From positions 1,860,001-1,892,000 of the forward strand of contig NZ_CP047931.1 of assembly GCF_014280175.1 (NCBI RefSeq): 32,000 bases of DNA, written 5' to 3'. Source of the DNA: Synechococcus sp. A15-28 (GTDB lineage Bacteria > Cyanobacteriota > Cyanobacteriia > PCC-6307 > Cyanobiaceae). Below the pieces are notes generated by a model. That model ran no database searches, was not told where the DNA came from, and saw only the letters and a list, made by a program, of their open reading frames with translations. Both the position numbers and the translations under genes were made by a program. Shown piece by piece: positions 22,678-30,500 of this stretch (position 1 is the stretch's first letter; every line of letters begins with the position of its first letter).

Positions 22678-23196
22678 TCATCTTTTTACTTGACCTGTCA
22701 TCGTTATTTCCAGCGTTGGCTCTTCACTACAAATGCCGCAGACAAAATACCTAGCAAACTGATTGTCGGAAAAAAAATTCCATCCATCAGGCATCTTTTG
22801 TGTGAGCCTAAATGGCCTGAATCTTTCATTTTCTTCCGTCGTCAATATGGTGACCCTATCCGTCCAATCGAGGATTTTTGCAATTTGCACTACGTCATGC
22901 CTGTTGTTTACAATTTTTCTTCCAATCTCATTAGAAGGCACTGGGTGCTCATAAGTAAACTTATTTTTTTGCGATTTTAGCCCCCTTCTGAGCTTGCCAT
23001 CTCTCAGGAATCCGCTCCGGTCAAGGTATTCAATAGAGGACTCTGTGGCAAGATACGTATCTTTGGCAAGGCTATACTTTGCAATATAATTAAGAAGACC
23101 ATACCTAATTGTGTGATCTTCGTACATCCTATCAAACCCATCAATTTTTACTATGGAGCAAATAACTGTGTACAAGTCTTTTTGAAGTAAGTTCAT
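22678..23196 (-). CDS. Hypothetical protein (AT-rich gene)
   Basis: 172-aa ORF with protein-like composition: MNLLQKDLYTVICSIVKIDGFDRMYEDHTIRYGLLNYIAKYSLAKDTYLATESSIEYLDRSG...; tail CGICSEEPTLEIT. Confidence 0.6.
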   Translation of the reverse strand: MNLLQKDLYTVICSIVKIDGFDRMYEDHTIRYGLLNYIAKYSLAKDTYLATESSIEYLDRSGFLRDGKLRRGLKSQKNKFTYEHPVPSNEIGRKIVNNRHDVVQIAKILDWTDRVTILTTEENERFRPFRLTQKMPDGWNFFSDNQFARYFVCGICSEEPTLEITMTGQVKR

Positions 23197-23217
23197 CGCA
23201 AAATCCCCTCTTGGAGC

Positions 23218-23757
23218 TCACTGATTTTCATAATATGGATCTCTGTATTGAGTTGTAAGGTTGGTGATGGGAGATATATCCCAGAGATGATCCATGTCAA
23301 AACCTTCGCTATGAGCAATGGTTTCAGATTGCTTGTTTTCTTCGAAGCTGCCGGGGTGCACTCCCACTTCGCCATCATCTCCAATGCAGAAGTAGTCATC
23401 CCAAAAGCCTTCAAGAATATTTTGGCATTGGGCATCCTGATCGCTCCATTCAGGGCATGCCGCTTCTTCGGTGTAAAGATGACTACCTTTTGGCGTAGTT
23501 TTTGCGCCCTTCCATTCTCCTCCCGAAGAGTCTGAATAAAGCCAGAGTGAGTTGTTTCCATCACGCCTGAACAGGTAATCGCTTTGCATTCCGCCCCCAG
23601 AGTATCCATAGGCAAGTGCAGCTACCTCTTGCGTCTTTTCTCCATCTTCGTTGATGAAACCATCAAGAACAACATACAAAACAGCTACAAGAAGCTTTGA
23701 CTTACTCTCGTCAGAAAATTCGCAGAAAAATTCGGTTTCACTGATTCTGAGCGGCAT
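23218..23757 (-). CDS. Hypothetical acidic protein
   Basis: MPLRISETEFFCEFSDESKSKLLVAVLYVVLDGFINEDGEKTQEVAALAYGYSGGGMQSDYLFRRDGNNSLWLYSDSSGGEW...; same strand, 21 bp upstream of ORF 22678..23196; start may be 23817. Confidence 0.6.
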   Translation of the reverse strand: MPLRISETEFFCEFSDESKSKLLVAVLYVVLDGFINEDGEKTQEVAALAYGYSGGGMQSDYLFRRDGNNSLWLYSDSSGGEWKGAKTTPKGSHLYTEEAACPEWSDQDAQCQNILEGFWDDYFCIGDDGEVGVHPGSFEENKQSETIAHSEGFDMDHLWDISPITNLTTQYRDPYYENQ

Positions 23758-24094
23758 GGCCTGTGAGCAAGTAAGTTGATTATAACTTAATAGATGCTTG
23801 GGTACCAGTAGAGGCATTGTTTCTTGATTTATTCAGGAGCCATCTTCTCCCTGCCTCAATATGCACGAAAGCGAGGATTTCGTAGGCGGTGGACGCAATT
23901 GCCCGCTAGATGTGCGCATTGAATATCCCAATGAAACCAATTGCATTTTTCATTGGGAAAGTTTTTTGTTCGCTTGTGACGAGAGGATCTGTACGCAAAG
24001 AAATGATTTTATTTTTGCAGTCTTTGAACTACTAAATGAGTCTTTGACGCTGCGCTTTTATACTCATATTATCTGGGCTTGGTGAGTTCTTGGC

Positions 24095-27000
24095 TTGAAC
24101 AACCGTCAGATCACCCCAAGCCAGCTGTCGCTGTTCAGCATCAGCCCAGTGATCGGAGCCTGGTGGGAGGAGCTGCAGGCGCAGAAGCTGTTTGAAGGCA
24201 GCAAGCCAGCGGTGAGTGAGCTGGATCAGCAGCTGTTTGCTGATGGCCTGCGCCACGAACAGGTACTGCTCACCAAGCTGGAAAAAGAAGGCCGCGGCAT
24301 TGCCCGGCTGCCCGGCAAACAAACCGAAGCCGATTACGCCGCCACCCGCCAGGCGATGACAGAGGGGGTGGAGTTCATCCACCAGGCCTCGCTATGTAAT
24401 GAGGAGATGCGCGGCAGTGCCGACCTGCTCAGGCGCATTGATCGCCCCTCATTACTGGGGGAGTGGAGCTACATCCCTATCGAGTGCAAGCTCGCCAGCA
24501 AACCGAAAACTACCTTCCTGGTGCAGGCTTCGGCCTACTGCGAAATGCTCACTCCATTGCTGGGGCATCGGCCCGATCAGTTCGAGCTCTATCTCGGCGG
24601 CGGCAAATTCCAGCCCTTTGGCACCGATCAGTTCTGGGCTTGGTACCAACTGCTGAGGCAGCGCTACCGCCAGTTCCGTGAGAGCTTCGATCCAGCGGTG
24701 ATTCCCGAGGATGCACCGGGGGATCACGGCGGCTGGTCGACGTTCATCGATCAACGGCTCGAAGAAGCGCGCGATCTGATGCTGGTGGCGGGCATGCGCC
24801 AGAGCCAGCGCCAGAAGCTGCGCGCTGCTGGCATCACCTCAATTGAGGAACTCGCAGCTGTTCCTGGTGGCACCGCTATCACCGGCCTGAATGGAGAGGC
24901 CCTACATGAGCTGCGCCAACAGGCCGAACTACAACTGCAGCCTGTGGATGCTGATGGCCGTCCGGCCTATCGCCTCAGGCCTATTGAAACCGGCAAAGGC
25001 CTTGCAGCTCTGCCGGCGCCTGATGCCGGCGACATCTGGTTCGACATGGAAGGGGTTCATGACCCGGTGAGCGGCAGCAAGCTCGAATACCTGTTTGGCG
25101 CCTGCTACCGGAATACCCCAGAGGGAAAGCCGTTGTTCAAGGCGTTCTGGGCCCATAGCGAAGCAGAGGAAAAACGCGCCTTCGAGGGGTGGGTGGATTG
25201 GGTGGAAGAACGACGCCGCCAGTGCCCGGGCCTGCGGATCTATCACTACGCCGCCTACGAGAAAACAGCGATGCGGCGCTTGGCGCAACAGCACGCCACC
25301 CGAGAAGCCGAGATCGATTCCTGGCTGCGCAACGAACTGCTTGTGGACCTGCTGCCAATCGTGACCAGCTCGATCGTTCTGGGCGAACCCAGCTACTCGA
25401 TCAAGAAGGTGGAGCACCTTTATATGGGTGCCCGCCATGCGGGGGTGACAAACGCCGGCGATTCAGTAGTGGCCTACCTGCACTGGCAGCTCTCCGGTGA
25501 GCCGGAGATGCCCGGAGAAGCGCCGGACGCCAGCCCGAAGCTGCAGGCGATTGAGGACTACAACCAAGAAGACTGCAAAAGCACGGTGTTCCTGCACGAC
25601 TGGCTGCTGAAGCTCAGGCGTGAGCAAGGCCTGCCGGATCAGCCCCTGCAGCTACCTCTGGATGAGGCTGCTCAGGAGCCACGGGAACCACAACCCCTCG
25701 AGCTGCTCAGCCAACAGCTACTCGAAGAAATCCCTGATCACCTGGCGGATAAACGTGCACTGGGTCCGCGCGGGATGAGCTGGCGGGCCCACAGGCTGCT
25801 GGCTCAGCTGCTGCCCTTCCATCACCGTGAAGCGAAGGTGGGCTGGTGGGCCTATTTCGATCGCCGCTCCAAGGCTGAACTCAGCCCATCGGAGCTGATC
25901 GACGACGGCGAAGCGATTGCCGACGCCCAATGGGTGGGGATGGACGAACGCCCCAGTGCTCGCACCGGCGCCGACATTCACCACTTCCGCTTTGACCCCA
26001 GCCAACCGCTGAAATTGCATGCCGGCGATGGCGACGGCCGGCTCACCGTTGAACTGCCCGCCACCAGCCTGAAGCTGGATGTGGATGCGCTCGATGCCGA
26101 ACGGGGAACGCTGAGCTTGAAGCTGCCCTGGAGCAAGCGCGATCAACGCCTCGCCAACGGCGAGGGCGAGGGCATCCCCAAAGACGCCACCTCGGTGATC
26201 AAGGTGCCGGCCGACATCAGCAAGAGCCTGCGCGAACGGCTGGAGGAGCAGGCCATGGCGTGGGTGCACGAGCACCAGCCGATCCCCCCAGCGATCCTGC
26301 AACTGCTGGAACGGCAACCCCTGCCGGCACTGCAAGAGCTCAATGCAGCCATTGCCGGGGATCCCAACGCCATTGCGGATGCCCTGGCGGGGTTTCTGCA
26401 GGAGCACTCCGGCATCAGCCTGGCGCTGCAGGGGCCACCGGGCACGGGTAAAACCACCGTCACCGGCCAGGTGATCGCCCAACTGGTGGCATCAGGCCAA
26501 CGGGTGGCAATCAGCTCCAACGGCCACGCCGCCATCAACAACCTGCTCAAGAAAGCCAAGAGCACCTGCAGCGCTGCAGGGGTGGCCGGCGAAGTGGTGA
26601 AGTGCAACAACAGCAAAGAAGAGGCGCTGAGCGCCGCAGGCATCAGCGTGGTGAAGCCCGGCCAACTCACGGAGGCCATGGCGGTGGTGGGTGGCACCAC
26701 CTGGATGTTCTGCAAAGAGGAGCTGGCGGATCAGTTCGATTGGCTGGTGGTGGATGAGGCGGGGCAGATGTCGCTCGCCAATCTGCTGGTGATGGCGCGT
26801 TGTGCCCGCTCGATCCTGCTGGTGGGCGATCAGCAGCAACTGGCCCAGCCCTCCCAGGCCGATCACCCCGGCGATTCAGGCCAAAGCTGCTTGGAGTACT
26901 GGATGGAAGGCGCCTCGGTGGTGCCAGACGATCGCGGCGTGTTTCTCTCCACCAGCTGGCGGATGGAACCAAGCCTCACCGCAATGGTGAGTGCGCTGTT

Positions 27001-27571
27001 TTATGAGGGCCGGCTGCAGGCCAGCTCCGCCAATTGCAGAAATCGCATCACATGGGCCACACCCTGCCAAGGCAGTGACGGACAGCTATACCCAAATCAA
27101 GGCCTGGAGTTTGATCCGGTGGCGCACAGCGGCAACAGCGTCTGCAGCGAAGAAGAAATCAACCGCATCGAAACGTTGGTGGATGCGCTGCTGGGGGGCC
27201 GCTACCAACACGCCAAAGCCGGGGGCATCGCAGCAGGCACGCTGACGCCAGACCAGATACTGGTGACGGCGCCCTACAACGTGCAGGTGAACCGGCTGCA
27301 GCAACGGCTGAATGGCAAAGCCCGGGTGGGCACGGTGGACAAGTTCCAAGGCCAGGAGGCACCCGTTGCCATTCACTCCTTAACGGCGAGCAGCGGCGAT
27401 GAAGCACCGAGGGGGCTGAGCTTTCTGCTGGAGCCGAACCGCTTGAACGTGGCGATCAGCCGCGCCCAATGCCTTTCGATCGTTGTGGGCTCACCCAGCC
27501 TGGCCAGCGGCATCGCCAACACGGTGGCGGAGGCCGAGCAGATCAATCGGTTGTGTGAGGTGATGGGCTGA
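24095..27571 (+). CDS. TM0106-family RecB-like nuclease fused to SF1 (Dna2/Upf1-like) DNA helicase, 1158 aa
   Basis: Nuclease part: GSADLLRRIDRPSLLGEWSYIPIECKLASKPKTTFLVQASAYCEML (ExK...QxxxY). Helicase: LALQGPPGTGKTTVTGQVIAQL (Walker A), WLVVDEAGQMSLAN (II), LLVGDQQQLAQP (III), VGTVDKFQGQEAPVAI (V), NVAISRAQCLSIVVG (VI). TTG start. Confidence 0.9.
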   Translation: MNNRQITPSQLSLFSISPVIGAWWEELQAQKLFEGSKPAVSELDQQLFADGLRHEQVLLTKLEKEGRGIARLPGKQTEADYAATRQAMTEGVEFIHQASLCNEEMRGSADLLRRIDRPSLLGEWSYIPIECKLASKPKTTFLVQASAYCEMLTPLLGHRPDQFELYLGGGKFQPFGTDQFWAWYQLLRQRYRQFRESFDPAVIPEDAPGDHGGWSTFIDQRLEEARDLMLVAGMRQSQRQKLRAAGITSIEELAAVPGGTAITGLNGEALHELRQQAELQLQPVDADGRPAYRLRPIETGKGLAALPAPDAGDIWFDMEGVHDPVSGSKLEYLFGACYRNTPEGKPLFKAFWAHSEAEEKRAFEGWVDWVEERRRQCPGLRIYHYAAYEKTAMRRLAQQHATREAEIDSWLRNELLVDLLPIVTSSIVLGEPSYSIKKVEHLYMGARHAGVTNAGDSVVAYLHWQLSGEPEMPGEAPDASPKLQAIEDYNQEDCKSTVFLHDWLLKLRREQGLPDQPLQLPLDEAAQEPREPQPLELLSQQLLEEIPDHLADKRALGPRGMSWRAHRLLAQLLPFHHREAKVGWWAYFDRRSKAELSPSELIDDGEAIADAQWVGMDERPSARTGADIHHFRFDPSQPLKLHAGDGDGRLTVELPATSLKLDVDALDAERGTLSLKLPWSKRDQRLANGEGEGIPKDATSVIKVPADISKSLRERLEEQAMAWVHEHQPIPPAILQLLERQPLPALQELNAAIAGDPNAIADALAGFLQEHSGISLALQGPPGTGKTTVTGQVIAQLVASGQRVAISSNGHAAINNLLKKAKSTCSAAGVAGEVVKCNNSKEEALSAAGISVVKPGQLTEAMAVVGGTTWMFCKEELADQFDWLVVDEAGQMSLANLLVMARCARSILLVGDQQQLAQPSQADHPGDSGQSCLEYWMEGASVVPDDRGVFLSTSWRMEPSLTAMVSALFYEGRLQASSANCRNRITWATPCQGSDGQLYPNQGLEFDPVAHSGNSVCSEEEINRIETLVDALLGGRYQHAKAGGIAAGTLTPDQILVTAPYNVQVNRLQQRLNGKARVGTVDKFQGQEAPVAIHSLTASSGDEAPRGLSFLLEPNRLNVAISRAQCLSIVVGSPSLASGIANTVAEAEQINRLCEVMG
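24107..24235 (+). repeat. Direct repeat copy 2 (129 bp)
   Basis: Partner of 22265..22393; lies at codons 5-47 of the full-length gene. Confidence 0.95.
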
Positions 27572-30500
27572 TGGATGTCTTTTCCTTCCGAGACCGGGTT
27601 ATTGAGGACTACGGCCAGTTCTCGCGCAGCTTCACCCAGATCAAATCGCCCGATCTCCAGTCGTTTGTGGACGGGACCTATGGCAAGGGCGAGTACTGGC
27701 CGTCACCACTCATCCAGCTGAATCCAAGCTTTGTGAGCGGCGGCGCCATCAGCAAGCTGGTGGACACAGGGCTCCTTCATCCGGAATGCAGCCGGATCTT
27801 CCGCTGGGGTAAGGACAACGGCACTGGTCAGGAACTCCAGTTACACCGCCACCAGCGCGATGCCATTGAAATTGCCAGCCGTGGCGGCAGCTTTGTCGTG
27901 ACGTCGGGCACGGGCTCCGGTAAGTCGCTGGGTTACATCATTCCGATCGTGAATCGGGTTCTGGAAGCGCGCGCGCGAGGGGATCAGCAGAAACGCATTC
28001 GGGCGATTGTGATTTATCCGATGAATGCACTGTGCAATAGCCAGCAAGAGGAATTACAGAAATATCTCGGCCTTGGCTATCCGGAAGGACCGAAAGTCAC
28101 TTTTGCGCGATATACAGGTCAGGAAAGCGATGAAGAGCGGGAGAAGATCAAGAATGATCCCCCCGACATCCTGCTCACCAACTATGTGATGCTCGAGTAC
28201 ATCCTGACCCGGCAGGATCCACTCGATCAGAAAGTCATCGGCGACGCCAAGGGACTGGAGTTCCTGGTGCTTGACGAGTTGCATACCTATCGAGGGAGGC
28301 AGGGTGCGGACGTCGCACTCTTGGTACGCCGAGTCAGACAACGACTGAATGCCAATCTGCTCTGCATTGGCACCTCGGCCACCATGGCCTCAGAAGGCAC
28401 GGCCAAGGAACGCAATGCCACCGTGGCGCATGTTGCAAGCAAGCTTTTTGGCACCGAAATCCCCAGCGAACACATCGTCACGGAGACGCTGCAGCGCTGC
28501 ACTGAAGGTGATCTTCCCAACCAGGAAGAGTTAACCCAGGCCCTAAGAGTTGATTATTCGACTCAAGTAACCGAAACCTGGACAGCTGAAGATTTACGCC
28601 AGCACCCTCTCGCCCGCTGGGTTGAGTTGAAGCTCGGCCTCGAGAAAGAAGACGGGTTGCCTGATGGCAAATGGGTGCGCTGTAAGCCGCACACCCTTCA
28701 GCAGGCCACCAGCACATTGGCCGAGCAAACAGGGCTAAATGAGGAACAGATCCTGGCAACGTTGAGGGATTTCCTTCTGGCTGCCTATCAGGTGGAAGTT
28801 GGACCGAATCGGCGCTTTTTTGCCTTTCGCCTGCATCAATTTGTCTCCGCAGGCGGCGAAGTGCAAGCATCTCTCCAAGCCCCTCAGAAACGCTATCTCA
28901 CGCTGAAGGCGCAGAAGTACCAACCCAATGCCGGGCGCCAGGCACTGCTCTACCCGGTTGTGTTCTGCCGGAACTGCGGGCAAGATTTTCACCCGGTGTG
29001 GGCCCATCTCAATAACAAGATTCCAGTCAATATCGATCCACGCGATTTCAAAGACGAATCAAGTCTTCGCGAACGGGATGTGGTGAATGGCTACTTCATG
29101 CCCGATGCCAACGGTGAATACACCATCGATGACTTGGAGAAAGCCAACTTTCCCGATGGTTGGCTTGAGCCTGACAAGAATGACGAGCTTGTCCTGAAGC
29201 GCACGTATCGGGAGTTTGCCCCGGTGCCTTGTCGTTTTCGCTCCGATGGAGGTGCGAGCAGTGATGGGCTTTCCGGCTGGTTTCTGAAAGGGAGTTTCCG
29301 CTTCTGCCCAAGCTGTGGTGTGGAGCACGGGGTGCGCAGCAGCGAATTTCGCAAGCTTTGTGGGCTCAACTCAGAAGGCCGCAGCTCCGCCACGACCACC
29401 TTGAGCCTGGCGGTGCTGAGGCAACTGCTGGCGTTCCCAGCGAAGGAGATCCCTGATCAGGCCCGCAAACTGCTGGCCTTCAGTGACAACCGGCAGGACG
29501 CATCACTGCAGGCCGGCCACTTCAACGATTTTGTGCGGGTTCTGCAGCTACGGGCAGGCCTCATTGCCGCATTGAGCGCGCAATCCGAGAAGGAACTGAG
29601 CCTTGAAACCCTGGCGCAGGCCGTGGAAAAAGCCCTACGGCTCGATGCGGAAGACTTCATCGCCATTCCCAACGTCAAACCCAACATCGAGCAAAGCAAT
29701 CGCCGTGCTCTGCGGGGAGTGTTGGAGTACCGGCTGATGGTGGACCTGCGCAAAGGCTGGCGGCTCACCAATCCCAACCTCGAGCAACTGCGGTTGCTTG
29801 AAGTGGATTATGCGGAGCTAGTGAATTGTGCAGAAGACCAGGAGGACTGGGGGCAGCGCCATCCTTTGCTGGCTCAAGCGAGCAGTGAAGAACGGTTCCT
29901 GATCTGCCATCGCCTCCTGGAAGAGCTCAGGGAACGACTTGCGATCGACTGTGATGCACTGATTCAAGAGGAATTCGAACGGCGCAAGAAGTCAGCAACC
30001 GATCTTGAGGAGGTCTGGAGCATCGGCCGCGAGGAGAAGCCAGAGCTGGCCCGCAGTGTGGTGACAAGCCCAGTCCCCCAGGAGCTCAGAAACCGTGGTG
30101 TTGAAGGCTTATCGCTCCGTGGTGAATTCGGTCGCTGGCTGAAGGCACGCGAACGCTGGCTCTCGGCAGAAGACCTCTACCGAACCCTGAAATGGAAGGA
30201 CGACCTCTACCAAGAGGTGATGGGTCACATCCTCGAGATGCTGTCGGCATGGGGCCTTGTGAAGACCGTGGACGTGCGGCTTGGCCGCAAGGCTCGTGAG
30301 GTGATGCAAGGTTGGCGCCTCAACAGCACTGCTCTGCGTTGGACTCTGGTGGACCCGGAATCACCACCTCAGGACCGCTACGCCGCGTGTTTGGAACAAG
30401 TGCGGCAGAACAGTGGGCGACGTGGGCCGGTCAACCCCTACTTCCGAAGTCTCTACGCCGACCTCGCCCATCTGATCGCAACAGAAGGCCGACCATTCCT

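Noticed and set aside
24032-24382. Minus-strand ORFs at 22286..22468 and 24032..24382 sharing QLLIQLTHRWLAAFKQ
   Set aside because: The similarity is just the antisense reading of the 129-bp direct repeat, not a separate gene family.
25718-26482. 254-aa minus-strand ORF opposite the nuclease-helicase
   Set aside because: Codes antisense to helicase motifs; no independent support.
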